From assembly GCA_041652815.1 (NCBI GenBank), contig JBAZGN010000004.1:79890-143889 (forward strand): DNA of 64,000 nucleotides, written 5' to 3'. Numbering within the stretch: the stretch's first letter is position 1; each line of letters begins with the position of its first letter. This document shows, piece by piece, positions 38,494 through 48,828 of the stretch. Origin of the DNA: Candidatus Omnitrophota bacterium (GTDB lineage: Bacteria > Omnitrophota > Gorgyraeia > Duberdicusellales > 4484-171). Under the pieces are notes generated by a model. That model made no database searches. It was not told where the DNA came from and worked only from the letters and a program-made list of their open reading frames with translations. Made by a program: the position numbers and the translations under genes.

Positions 38494-40107
38494 ATTCATT
38501 CTCTTATCAAACTGAGAGATAGAGCTGCCAGAAGAGCCTTTTTTAAGTTCTTCTGGCGTCTTTATTTCTGGTAGGTCATAGAAGGTAATCCTAATCTTTG
38601 AGGGATTCTCGTGATAGATAATCTTTTTGATAAGAAGATGTAGCAGTTCGCCTTGTTTGGTAGACGGCAGCTTATCAAATGTTTCACTGAACAATCTTAG
38701 GGTCTGAACTATAATAGCAGGGTCAAGTATCTTCGATTTTTCTCTTTCAATCTCAAGATTAAGTTCTTGAAGTCTGTTTTCTAAAGCCTCTTTTACTTCT
38801 TCAAGCTTTTCCAATGCCTCTTCAACAAGAGAGAATTTCTTCCGTTCGATAGACGCTATTAAAGGCTGTGCCTTGTTATTATTTTTGGTCAGCTTACCAA
38901 TAATTTCGGCTTTTTCTTTTTGTAAACCGGGTAGCTTGTTCTTAGATGATTTCATAGCAGCACTGACAATAGAGTCTATGATATTTTTGTGATTCGCTAT
39001 AAATTTGATTCTATCTATAACCAGATGTTCTAATTCTCTGGCAGGAGTGCTTTTGATACAGCAGGCGTTTTTATCCGAATGACCTACTCGCGTACATTTG
39101 TAATATAGATACGGCCTTCCTTTCTTTAGAGAATAGTTGGGCGACATCTGTGATTTGCAATGGTCGCACCAAACCAAGCCTCTTAGTAAATGACCATATT
39201 TATTTTCACTTACTGAACCTTTTGTTTGAGCATTTGAGTTAATGATACGCTGCACTCTATCAAATAAATTCTTGCTGATAATGGTTTTCCAATTCGCTTG
39301 AAAATACTCTCGTTCTTCTTTATCCCCTTTTCTTGTTATAGCCACAGTTTTACCTATGTAAACAGGATTCTTGAGAATATTCAATATAATACCTTCGGTA
39401 AATTTATTTCCTCCCTTGACATCACCCGTCTTGGTTTTCCACGTTTTTGTGCGATAGCCAAGACCATTAAAATATGTAGCGATACGATTTGCAGATTGCA
39501 CTTCGGTATATTTTGCGAAAATACGCTTTGCTATTTTTGTTTCTTTTGGGTTTACTTTCAGTATGCCTTTTTCGCTTGGATGAAAATCGTACCCTAAGGG
39601 AGGATATCCGCCGTGGAATAGGCCTTTTTTTGCACGATACCTCATTCTGTCTCTGGTTCTTTCGCTGGCAAGACGTCTTTCGAACTCGGCGAAACTTAGG
39701 AGAACCTGTAAGATTAACTTACCAGTGGCGTCAGCAGTACTAAATGTTTGACTGGCACAACATATATTTATACCGTGTTCTTCCAATTTAGGCCATATTT
39801 GGAAGAATTGCACAAGGTCTCTACTAAAGCGGTCGATGCTTTTGACAATTATCATATCAAATTTGCCCTGCTCAGCATCCTGTAATAGTCGTTTTAAGGC
39901 AGGTCTATCCAAAGTTCCGCCAGAGTAATTTCTATCATCGTATCTTGTTGGAATGAGTTTCCAGTGAGGGCGGGTTTTAAAAAAACTTTCGCATATGTCT
40001 CTTTGGCTTTCTATTGTATCACTTGGCGAAATTTCTTCTGGATCTTGGTCAGATATCCTTGTATATACTACGCAGGTAAATTTCTTCTCAGCGTCTTTTG
40101 TGAACAT
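38479..40107 (-). CDS. Large serine recombinase (resolvase N-domain + recombinase + zinc ribbon + coiled coil)
   Basis: 542 aa; N-terminal YTRIS(D)QD catalytic Ser region, DRFSRD; C-terminal CxxC Zn ribbon and coiled coil; the 3' end overlaps the tRNA. Confidence 0.85.
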   Translation of the reverse strand: MFTKDAEKKFTCVVYTRISDQDPEEISPSDTIESQRDICESFFKTRPHWKLIPTRYDDRNYSGGTLDRPALKRLLQDAEQGKFDMIIVKSIDRFSRDLVQFFQIWPKLEEHGINICCASQTFSTADATGKLILQVLLSFAEFERRLASERTRDRMRYRAKKGLFHGGYPPLGYDFHPSEKGILKVNPKETKIAKRIFAKYTEVQSANRIATYFNGLGYRTKTWKTKTGDVKGGNKFTEGIILNILKNPVYIGKTVAITRKGDKEEREYFQANWKTIISKNLFDRVQRIINSNAQTKGSVSENKYGHLLRGLVWCDHCKSQMSPNYSLKKGRPYLYYKCTRVGHSDKNACCIKSTPARELEHLVIDRIKFIANHKNIIDSIVSAAMKSSKNKLPGLQKEKAEIIGKLTKNNNKAQPLIASIERKKFSLVEEALEKLEEVKEALENRLQELNLEIEREKSKILDPAIIVQTLRLFSETFDKLPSTKQGELLHLLIKKIIYHENPSKIRITFYDLPEIKTPEELKKGSSGSSISQFDKRMNWLPG

Positions 40108-40312
40108 ATCCTCTTGCCCCCTTAGCTTAATTGACTTTGATTATATAGCAAAGTATAATAAATGACAATATTGCACAAGGAATGGAGGAGACTATGAGAC
40201 AATGCAAGAATCGTTAATGATTACTCGCGAAGTGGCTGAGTTGAGTTCCTCAGGGCTCGACAGATGAATCAGCGAGTGTGCTATTAGAAAAGATTAAACT
40301 GGATAAGAAGAA

Positions 40313-42697
40313 ATGAATCTCAAACCACTGCTTACAAAAATAAAGTATTATGCAACTACCTCTTGGACTCGAACAATAACTTTAAGTTCACACCTTCTTG
40401 AGAACCTTAAGAAATGCATTGTTGCGACTCGTAAGCGTATGATTTCCATTCGCCATAAACTTAAATCGATGATGGCTACCGCGCGACAGCGCGCCGGATT
40501 ATCTTATATACGAGTAATGAATTGTTATTTCACCGTGGCAGGTAGCGCTAAGAAGTGCTTTACAATTATTAGTAATTGTGCGGCTTCTATCTTCGGCTTA
40601 TTTATACTCTTTATTCTTTATATGCCATTGGCGCAGAGCGTAGTTGGTAAGATTAGCAATCTCGACGCCATATTTCTTGCGATAGGGGGTTTGATAGGTA
40701 CTATATTGGCCTTAGTTATCTCACTCTCAATAATCCCTATTCAAGCAGCTGCCGAAAGTTTCTCGTCCTCGATTATTCGACTATACAGAGAGGACAAGGT
40801 AACTCGATATATATTTGCATTGTTGTCAATTTTCTGTCTTATTTCTTTCCTAATGGCGATAGGTGAAGCATTTGGGTACGCAAAGGCAGTATTATTACCT
40901 ATAGCAATCTTGTTTGTTGCAATGTCCATTGATCTATTAAGGTGGCATCATCGCCACATAACAAATCTATTAGGATCCAATGATGCTATTAGCCAATTAT
41001 CGAGCACAGTTAAGTCTTATCTGGACAAGACTTGCAAGAACATTGCCTTTTGGGCCAGATTTAAATGGATGTTTTTACCAAAAGCAGAACAGGATAAATT
41101 ACCCGTTAAGGCAATGGAGCAGTTTTTGTCTCAACAATCTTACAATATAGGGCCGTTAAAGATTTGGTTAAACGAATTTGCAGAAGTAGCACATAAGGCA
41201 ATTGTAAAGCAAGAAGTATTAAGAGCTCAACTCGCGATATTTGCAATGGCAGATATTGCTTGTTATTTCTTGGACAAACGAAAAGATAATCTCCGCATTT
41301 ATGCAGAAACAGAAGCATTGGGGTTAGTTTTAGGCAGTGACGTGAATGATATCTTGACCCCAATCTATGAGCATTATCGCAATATCTCTCGTAATGCAAT
41401 AGATAAGAAAGTGGAAACGGCTGCGATTTGTGTAGTCCAAGCATTGGGTAAAATTTCTATACATATAACCAACCTTAAGTCTCCGGCATTCCATAAGAAT
41501 ACGGCGCCCTTAACCTATCTTCCAGTAGGATATTTGAGTACTTGTGTCGAGATGGCTCAAATAGAAAAAATGAATGATGTTGCATTACAAGGAGCCAATA
41601 TTCTTTTGGATGTTGTAAAGGCTTCTCCTGTCAATGTTGATATAGCGGATGTTCACCTTACCATACTCAAAGAACTAACGAAGATAGCTGTGGAATTTCT
41701 TGCAAAAGGCAATGTCGCTCTTAGTAACCACGTTATAACAAATATAATGACTGTGGGGCATATTGCTGTTGCGGGGAAACACTTTAACGTTGATGCAATA
41801 ATGAAACAGCTTTTGGATTATATATACAGTCTATTGGTAGGCGCAGTAACTCAACAACGACTTGCTCCAGCGACTTTCCTTAATTTGCCATTGACACCAC
41901 CGTATGACTTAACCCAAGAGGTTTCTTTGGGATATCTTGTTGCAAGAGCTCAAGATTTAATTGAGAAACCAGATGAGGAAAAGCACTGGATAAATCCGTA
42001 CAGCGATTTTATTGAACTAAATGAATCGATTACGCGTCATTTGTATAAGATTGGCGAGCAGATTGATTTCGGCCCCAATTTCCTTCTTTGGCATATAATT
42101 CATACGATAATGCACATCTCAAAAATTTTCTTTAGTCTATTACAAAAGCCAATAACAGACAATAGCGACCATATCAAGGAACTGAAAGATTGCTTCAAAT
42201 GGTATCTTAGTTTCTTCTGGCTTGTGTTTTCAAATAAGAAAACCTTTATTGAGCTGACATTTGCTGAAGAAGCCACAGACGGTCTTGCGGTTATCGGGAT
42301 GCTTTTCTACAGCATCGACCATAAAGATATCACTCAGATGTGTATTGATAACATTGCCTCTATTGCAGAATCCTATCAGGAGATAGCCAAACCAAATTCA
42401 CTCCCACAAGCAGCTTTTTCTTTTAATATAGTCGATGTTATAATGCCTCTTTGGCAGGTTCGTATTTTAATGGAAGCCAAAACAGATGCAGATTTCCTTA
42501 ATAAAATTGATAATAAGTTGGCAGTCTTCCTTAAAGGAAGGGTGATGTCCTTAGTGGGTGTTGAGCCTTTAGAAACAAGAAAACGGCAGCTACAAAGACA
42601 GCTTCAGGAAGAATTGCATTTTAGTCAATGGGAGAAGGCAGTAGGAGTACTTCAGCAACTTCTCAAACCTAACGATGTCAAGAATGATACAGATTGA
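40313..42697 (+). CDS. Hypothetical protein: N-terminal 5-6 TM then large alpha-helical cytoplasmic domain (island operon gene 1)
   Basis: 794 aa; no recognisable catalytic motif. Confidence 0.5.
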   Translation: MNLKPLLTKIKYYATTSWTRTITLSSHLLENLKKCIVATRKRMISIRHKLKSMMATARQRAGLSYIRVMNCYFTVAGSAKKCFTIISNCAASIFGLFILFILYMPLAQSVVGKISNLDAIFLAIGGLIGTILALVISLSIIPIQAAAESFSSSIIRLYREDKVTRYIFALLSIFCLISFLMAIGEAFGYAKAVLLPIAILFVAMSIDLLRWHHRHITNLLGSNDAISQLSSTVKSYLDKTCKNIAFWARFKWMFLPKAEQDKLPVKAMEQFLSQQSYNIGPLKIWLNEFAEVAHKAIVKQEVLRAQLAIFAMADIACYFLDKRKDNLRIYAETEALGLVLGSDVNDILTPIYEHYRNISRNAIDKKVETAAICVVQALGKISIHITNLKSPAFHKNTAPLTYLPVGYLSTCVEMAQIEKMNDVALQGANILLDVVKASPVNVDIADVHLTILKELTKIAVEFLAKGNVALSNHVITNIMTVGHIAVAGKHFNVDAIMKQLLDYIYSLLVGAVTQQRLAPATFLNLPLTPPYDLTQEVSLGYLVARAQDLIEKPDEEKHWINPYSDFIELNESITRHLYKIGEQIDFGPNFLLWHIIHTIMHISKIFFSLLQKPITDNSDHIKELKDCFKWYLSFFWLVFSNKKTFIELTFAEEATDGLAVIGMLFYSIDHKDITQMCIDNIASIAESYQEIAKPNSLPQAAFSFNIVDVIMPLWQVRILMEAKTDADFLNKIDNKLAVFLKGRVMSLVGVEPLETRKRQLQRQLQEELHFSQWEKAVGVLQQLLKPNDVKNDTD

Positions 42698-43916
42698 AAT
42701 TAAAGACAATAAGAAAGTTGAGTTTGCCTTAGAGGAGTTGAAGAAAACAGTGCACGATAATGTATTTCACCACTCCTTATGTAGTAATATTCTGCTTTTT
42801 AACGTTGACATAAAGGGAATTAAAAAAATCAGGGAAAGACTAAATTTGCTTCTTGTTTCCATTTCGAGATTCCAGAAATACACTTCGCATTCAATAGAAG
42901 ATTTTAAGAGGGCGATTTTGGAAGAAATTGAAGCAAGGAAAGGAATAAAACCCGAAGTTTTCCGTTTTATTTTTTATCTTAACATCGAACGTAGTAGTAT
43001 TGAAAAGAAACGGTTTTTTGCATTAAGAGGAAGTAAGCTTTTTAGCAGGACCCATAGTTTTATTGATAGGAATTTTAATTTAGAAAAATTTATTGCGGAA
43101 TCAAGACTTTATGTCAATGTTAAAATCCCACCGAGCCCTGCGATGTTCCAACCTTTTGAATGTATAGTTTCAGGAAGGAATGATGGAGAGGCATTTTGGA
43201 AAGCGTTTGATATATTTGAATTATTTAGAGCTATACTCAATTTTAGTAATAATTTTGGTGTCATTTCTGTTCATTTCGGCAGTAGGCACGCTTACTTAAA
43301 TAGTTTTTTGCCTTCACCGTTTTGTTTAGTTTATAATTCGAAAAGAGAATACCTTCATTTTAGATATGATTTAATCGAATACAAATATAAGACCTTTAAT
43401 AGAACCGGGGCATTCTTTAAACCCGAAGTTTTTAGACTGCTATTAAAAGTTTTTCGAGATGAAATCAAGGAAGAAAGCATAGAGGTAATTATATTAGAAG
43501 CCCTATTTCATTATGTAAAAGCGCTGGATTCTTTGGAGTGGGAGACAGATTTTCTTAAATTATGGAGGATTTTGGAAGTAATTACATTCTATTCTGAAGA
43601 ATCGACTATTAAGCTAACAGGCAATCGAATTAAACTATTATTTCATCAAACTCCCAAATGGAATTATGTCATTGATTTTTTATGTTCACTAAGGAATGAA
43701 TTGGTCCACAAAGGTAACTTCCCGGAAGAAGGTTCAGACCAAGTAAGTGCCTTGAAGTTCATAGTTGAAAATGCAATATCGATATTGATATCTATGCGAA
43801 AAGACTTTAAAGACAAAGCTGCTTTGAGGCTCTTTTATGAAAATGATTCTTCTGGCACAGGTGATTTAAGAAAGAAAATCTCTGTGATTAAAAAAATATT
43901 AGCTTACAGGAAATGA
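42675..43916 (+). CDS. HEPN-domain (Rx4H) Abi-like protein (island operon gene 2)
   Basis: 413 aa; C-terminal LRNELVHKGNF HEPN-type R-X4-H motif; 23-nt overlap with gene 1. Confidence 0.5.
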   Translation: MSRMIQIEIKDNKKVEFALEELKKTVHDNVFHHSLCSNILLFNVDIKGIKKIRERLNLLLVSISRFQKYTSHSIEDFKRAILEEIEARKGIKPEVFRFIFYLNIERSSIEKKRFFALRGSKLFSRTHSFIDRNFNLEKFIAESRLYVNVKIPPSPAMFQPFECIVSGRNDGEAFWKAFDIFELFRAILNFSNNFGVISVHFGSRHAYLNSFLPSPFCLVYNSKREYLHFRYDLIEYKYKTFNRTGAFFKPEVFRLLLKVFRDEIKEESIEVIILEALFHYVKALDSLEWETDFLKLWRILEVITFYSEESTIKLTGNRIKLLFHQTPKWNYVIDFLCSLRNELVHKGNFPEEGSDQVSALKFIVENAISILISMRKDFKDKAALRLFYENDSSGTGDLRKKISVIKKILAYRK

Positions 43917-43946
43917 GCAATATACTTTAACGACGAATCGGCGCGC

Positions 43947-45269
43947 GTGTTGTTGGAAAAAATAAAGTCGAGTAAGAGGACGAAAAAAATGGAAGAAAAT
44001 AATTTAGTGCAACGTATAGAGGTACTTTATGGTCAGTTATCTTCGCTTGGAGAAACGATAAAATCATCTATCAACCATAAAGATAAAAGCGATTCTTCTT
44101 ATCCTCAGGCCGCCAAAAGATACAATGTTATACTAAAACAGCTACAAGAATTAACTAAAGACATCGACTATATTCGAGAAAGTATATCACAGTTCACCGA
44201 ATATGAAGAAAAGAGCTTTATGTATCACGGTAATTACGGATACGCAATCAACCTATTAACAGATATCAATATGTTAGTTTCTTCTATTTCTAAATTTAAG
44301 AGCAGTATTGCTTTGGAGGCGAAAAAGATACAAGGCGAAAAGCCCTTGATATTTATTAGCTACGATGGAGACGAATTAGCACTCGCGGATTTCGTAAAAG
44401 TTATTATTACCAGATGGGCAGCAGACAAGATTGAAACATTCGTTGCTCGAAGAGATATTGGTTCCGGAGACAATCCGCTCAAGACTATGATGGAACTTAA
44501 GTTAAAAAATGCTGATGCTATAATTACAATTTGTTCAATTAAGTCTAAAGAAAGTGGTTGGGTGTGGTGGGAATCGGCTGTTTTATGGGCTAAAGACCGG
44601 AAAATTTTTCCTTTATGTAGCAATATATCTCCGGGTGGTTTTGGTGCCCCACTTAATTTGGTATCTCAAGGAAAATACTTTTTCGACGAAACTGAGTTTA
44701 TGGAAACTATTCAAGTGGTTTGTTCTGAATTTGACATCCAGACAGTAATAAAAGAGTTTTCTCAGGAAGAGAAAAAAGAGTATGAAAAGCTAAAGAGTGA
44801 ATATTCAATACCGAAGACAACCTCAAAAATAGATGTTGTTTTTGAAACGCTGGAAATGACTCAAAACTTGCACAAGTATTCCTTGATATTTGATGTATGG
44901 AATCTTGGAGATAAGGCATTTGAGAACGTAGTGGCTGAACTGTGGTTTCCTACTAAATATCTTGAAAAGACTGAATGGAATTATTCTCATTTACAAGCGG
45001 TTGAGTCAGAAGAAAAGAGGGGATATACTTGTTTGACCTTTGATTTTTCTGCTTTGCCAGACACCGGGAAGAGACAATTTGGGAAAGATTTGTTGCCAAA
45101 GAAGCGCTTGAGAATATTTGGTAAAGGTGGGATTTCAATACTCCAATATCATATGACCCACGATTTATGGTGGGACGTAACGAAGTATGAAGTTGTATGG
45201 AAGGTATACATCAATGGTGGAGCTCCCCACGAAGGTAAGATTTCTTTGCAGTCACTTCAACAATTTTGA
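43947..45269 (+). CDS. Coiled-coil + TIR-like domain protein (island operon gene 3)
   Basis: 440 aa; residues ~125-230 read IFISYDGDE...RRDIGSGDN...SGWVWWE, resembling TIR box1/box2 and the SxWCxxE helix with a conserved Glu. Confidence 0.5.
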   Translation: MLLEKIKSSKRTKKMEENNLVQRIEVLYGQLSSLGETIKSSINHKDKSDSSYPQAAKRYNVILKQLQELTKDIDYIRESISQFTEYEEKSFMYHGNYGYAINLLTDINMLVSSISKFKSSIALEAKKIQGEKPLIFISYDGDELALADFVKVIITRWAADKIETFVARRDIGSGDNPLKTMMELKLKNADAIITICSIKSKESGWVWWESAVLWAKDRKIFPLCSNISPGGFGAPLNLVSQGKYFFDETEFMETIQVVCSEFDIQTVIKEFSQEEKKEYEKLKSEYSIPKTTSKIDVVFETLEMTQNLHKYSLIFDVWNLGDKAFENVVAELWFPTKYLEKTEWNYSHLQAVESEEKRGYTCLTFDFSALPDTGKRQFGKDLLPKKRLRIFGKGGISILQYHMTHDLWWDVTKYEVVWKVYINGGAPHEGKISLQSLQQF

Positions 45270-46468
45270 AGGAAGGAACTATGAAGATTGATTGGACAAA
45301 TATTTGGTCTTGGATAGTTGTAACGATAGCGTCTATAGCTGGGATAGTTACTTTTTTATTGAATATTGGCAAAATCTTTTCTGGAATCGGAAAGGCTTGG
45401 CATTGGCTTTATCGTAGAATTACTCGATATCAACCGCGAGTGCCGAAAGAGACATTACGTTTAATACCGAAACCACGTCATAGCTGGTGGAGTATGGGGA
45501 CATTCGATGGCGAACCTTCTATGCAGCTTGTCTGTGATTGGTACGTTACAAACATAACAAATCAAGCTGTTAAGGTGTGTGGCGCCAGAGTACGGAAACC
45601 GAAAGTTGATGGTCATATGATGGTTCGACATCAAAAAGAAAATATATACGGGGGATACTATATCCCTCCTCAGTATACCACTGACGGAAGGGCAGATTTT
45701 TGGATTCATCCGCCTATAAAGAAAATTGGAGAGCCATTAGTCCTTGATCTCGAATTTATTGACCAATACGGAAATATTCATAGGGTTAAAAAGGTTAAAT
45801 TTAACGCTCCTCAACCAAAGAAGAAGGATGTTGAACCACCGATGGAATCAATAGCAACCATAAAAGACCCTATCGAAAAAGAGATTTTAAGCGTTCTTCA
45901 AAGCGAGGCGCATCGCTATAAAGACTGCGGACGACGAGTTGGAGGACTTGGTAGTGTTGTTCTAAACTATCAGGGGCGCAAAGTTACGGGTGTGGGAACT
46001 GATTGGAGAACGGCTGATTCCCCAGAAATGCAATCGATTGTTCCTGACCCACAGAGCGCAAAACTTGAATCCGACAATGGGACAATCCTTGTACGCTATT
46101 TTCAATCACTTACAGGAAAAGATATACAACGATTTTGTGAAGTTTTGCTTCAACGAATATCCAAAGGCAATGCTTATGCGCCAATCGGCTATTTTTTTCT
46201 GTATGTAGGATATCGAACAAATATATTGAAAGGTGTATTAAAATCTGCTAAAGATAATTTGAAGGGTGATTCGGGGTACGGATTCAGTGATTTACTTCGA
46301 CTTTTAGATGGTATACTTAAATATGAATACCAAAACTTTAATTCAGAAACCTTAGATATTATAGAACAATTTATTGATGGGTTGGACGATGAGTGTCTCT
46401 TCCGTATCCCAGAACGTGTTCGAGCAATAAGGGCATATATTCTATCTAATAAAATTATCTCATCATAA
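45266..46468 (+). CDS. Membrane-anchored hypothetical protein (island operon gene 4)
   Basis: 400 aa; one N-terminal TM; ATGA overlap with gene 3. Confidence 0.45.
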   Translation: MKEGTMKIDWTNIWSWIVVTIASIAGIVTFLLNIGKIFSGIGKAWHWLYRRITRYQPRVPKETLRLIPKPRHSWWSMGTFDGEPSMQLVCDWYVTNITNQAVKVCGARVRKPKVDGHMMVRHQKENIYGGYYIPPQYTTDGRADFWIHPPIKKIGEPLVLDLEFIDQYGNIHRVKKVKFNAPQPKKKDVEPPMESIATIKDPIEKEILSVLQSEAHRYKDCGRRVGGLGSVVLNYQGRKVTGVGTDWRTADSPEMQSIVPDPQSAKLESDNGTILVRYFQSLTGKDIQRFCEVLLQRISKGNAYAPIGYFFLYVGYRTNILKGVLKSAKDNLKGDSGYGFSDLLRLLDGILKYEYQNFNSETLDIIEQFIDGLDDECLFRIPERVRAIRAYILSNKIISS

Positions 46469-46765
46469 GTCTAATAATTGCTAACAAATTATATAATGAA
46501 TTATGATATATTAAGTTTGTCAGTAAAGTATCTTCCGTAAGACAGGATTAAAAAAGGAGGCGGAGTATAATCTAACAATAAAGGTTTCTATATAGAACAT
46601 AGATTTTCCTGATTTACAAACCAACTTGCAAGAGGAAAAGACTATGTCTCGAGCGTACAAACGTTTCGGGGCAAGCGGTCTTTCACTTTTACTTGCAAGT
46701 TGGGTGAGGGACTTAAAAATGCTTGCCCCCCTTTTATTTTTGGGCAGGCAAGGAGGTGTCTGTAT

Positions 46766-47156
46766 GAAAGAAGCAATTTATCTGATAGTTATCTTAACGT
46801 TAGTAGGCGGCTGCGCAAGCTTATCTGAAAAAGGAGATATTTATCTTCATAATTTAGAAAGACATAAACACTCTAAGGAAATAGTAGTGAGCAGTTCTTA
46901 TGACGAGGCATTTAATGCAGTAATAGAAACTTTTCGCGATTTGGGCATCAATGTGCTCAAGAAGGATTATGAAAATAAGAAAATTTTAGGCTCGCTTTAT
47001 CCTGAGCATTATATGAATCATTACGGAGTGTTTTTTAGCGATATGGGAGATAACAAGATAAAAATCACCCTGAAGGCAACGGGTTTTCTTATTAACGAAG
47101 ATACGATTTTGGAGAAAATAAACGAAACATTATCACAACCTAAACTTAAAAAATAA
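46766..47156 (+). CDS. Lipoprotein
   Basis: The internal Met of ORF 46626..47156 gives MKEAIYLIVILTLVGGCAS lipobox. Confidence 0.45.
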
Positions 47157-47194
47157 GAGATTATTATTGTTTGGAGAACAAATAAAGAAGGAGG

Positions 47195-47512
47195 ATGGAT
47201 ATGAAAAATTTAATTCTGGTTTTTGTAGCTATTCTAATCTCTTCTGGTTGCGCAACGTGCTTTGAAGATTTACATATCAGGCAACAGGAAGCCTCTCTAT
47301 ATACTGGAATGTCATATTATGAAGTAGTAAAGATAGTAGGTAGAGAACCGAACCCTGCTCGAGATACGATTCTTCAGGGAACAGACTCAGAAGGTCAATG
47401 GATGACTTGGGTGGTCGGACAAAGCAAACTATTAAGGAGCAACTCAAATTTTACTCAGACTTATCATTTAAAATTCAGAAACAGGAAGCTTACTGAATGG
47501 TGGAGTTCTTAG
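47195..47512 (+). CDS. Lipoprotein
   Basis: LISSGCATC lipobox; 105 aa. Confidence 0.45.
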   Translation: MDMKNLILVFVAILISSGCATCFEDLHIRQQEASLYTGMSYYEVVKIVGREPNPARDTILQGTDSEGQWMTWVVGQSKLLRSNSNFTQTYHLKFRNRKLTEWWSS

Positions 47513-47576
47513 TAAATAATTATAAGCTTCTTGACACCAGCATTATATTAGTATATACTATTTAGTAAATACTAAT

Positions 47577-48191
47577 ATGAAATGGTCAATTTCTTCAAAT
47601 CAGCCAAAGCTTTGTAGCGCTACAAAAATACTTAAAGAGCTTGGTGGAAAACTTAGCAAGAAGATGTTTGAGTATCTCCGGGATACCTTTCGTCTAATTC
47701 CACCTCCCATCAAAAGAAGTGAAGGTAAAGGTATCATAGCCCTATATCCGGAATCCGTTGTGTTTTATTTGCGCCGAATTTTGATTAAGCAGAGCAAAGG
47801 ATTTACCTTCAAGCAGATTAAAGAAAAGCTAAAAATTGATACAGAGCGAATTTTCCAAGAAACCGATGCCTTGAAGCGTCAGTTCGAATTAGAGAAAGAA
47901 TTTAAGAGGCGCTTAGTTCGTGGTTTGAAGACGGGTGACCATCCCGCTTTTGATGATGGAAACGTTATTGGTAGTGCTAATAAGCAGAGTGAAGACATAG
48001 AGTCAATGATAGAGATTGTTAAGAAGGAGTTTAAGAGACAAGCAAGCAAATTAGACGATGTATCAATCAAGGCTATAAGGACCTTGAGAAAGAAATTGGA
48101 TGAACTGGAAAAGCTTGAAGGCGAAAAAAAATTTTCGCAATATGTAATCGAAGAAATTACAAAGGTGGCAAATGAAAAGACAAGGGATTAA
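47577..48191 (+). CDS. MerR/excisionase-like HTH protein with C-terminal coiled coil
   Basis: 204 aa; the N-terminal ~80 aa resemble MerR-type winged HTH; directly upstream of a recombinase. Confidence 0.35.
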   Translation: MKWSISSNQPKLCSATKILKELGGKLSKKMFEYLRDTFRLIPPPIKRSEGKGIIALYPESVVFYLRRILIKQSKGFTFKQIKEKLKIDTERIFQETDALKRQFELEKEFKRRLVRGLKTGDHPAFDDGNVIGSANKQSEDIESMIEIVKKEFKRQASKLDDVSIKAIRTLRKKLDELEKLEGEKKFSQYVIEEITKVANEKTRD

Positions 48192-48741
48192 ATATTTTAC
48201 AAGTGAATTAAAAGGAATCTTGATCAAGACATTAAAATTGCGCCGAGATGCAGTTAGATCATATGCGCTATACGATTTAATGCTTAATACTGGTTTGCGT
48301 TTGGCTGAGGTTATGGGACTTGATGTTGGAGACGTAGAAAACAGAACAGTTCTCGAGGTGATTGGCAAGGGTTCTAAATTTCGAGAAATACCTCTCAATA
48401 AGGCAATCAGAGAGCATATACAAGATTTTTTGAGTTGGAAGAAAAAGAAGGGTGAAGGTTTGTCTGCGGATTCGCCATTATTCGTTAGTAGACTTGGAAA
48501 ACGTCTTAGTAAGCGAGCCGTGCAGCGAGACCTCGCTAAATGGGTTAAGCAAGCTGGAATCGAGGGGCACTTTACGCCGCACTCTCTTAGGCATACGGTT
48601 GGAACAGAATTGTTAAATAAGACAGGGAATTTACGGGTAGTGCAGGAATTTCTCGGCCACGCAGATATATCAACAACTCAGATATATACTCACGTTAGCA
48701 GGGAGCAGATACAGCAGGCTGCTGACCTTTTGGCGATATAA
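48172..48741 (+). CDS. Tyrosine recombinase catalytic domain (truncated, no N-terminal core-binding domain)
   Basis: 189 aa; R(LRLAE)...HSLRHT...GH...Y(IYTHV) catalytic tetrad region. Confidence 0.6.
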   Translation: MKRQGIKYFTSELKGILIKTLKLRRDAVRSYALYDLMLNTGLRLAEVMGLDVGDVENRTVLEVIGKGSKFREIPLNKAIREHIQDFLSWKKKKGEGLSADSPLFVSRLGKRLSKRAVQRDLAKWVKQAGIEGHFTPHSLRHTVGTELLNKTGNLRVVQEFLGHADISTTQIYTHVSREQIQQAADLLAI

Positions 48742-48828
48742 CGACGCATTATATAGAAAAAGCGTCGTTCAATAGCGTTTTTGTGCATAAAGATGGTCAA
48801 AAAATAGGGTATAAAGCGGCGTTCGGAG

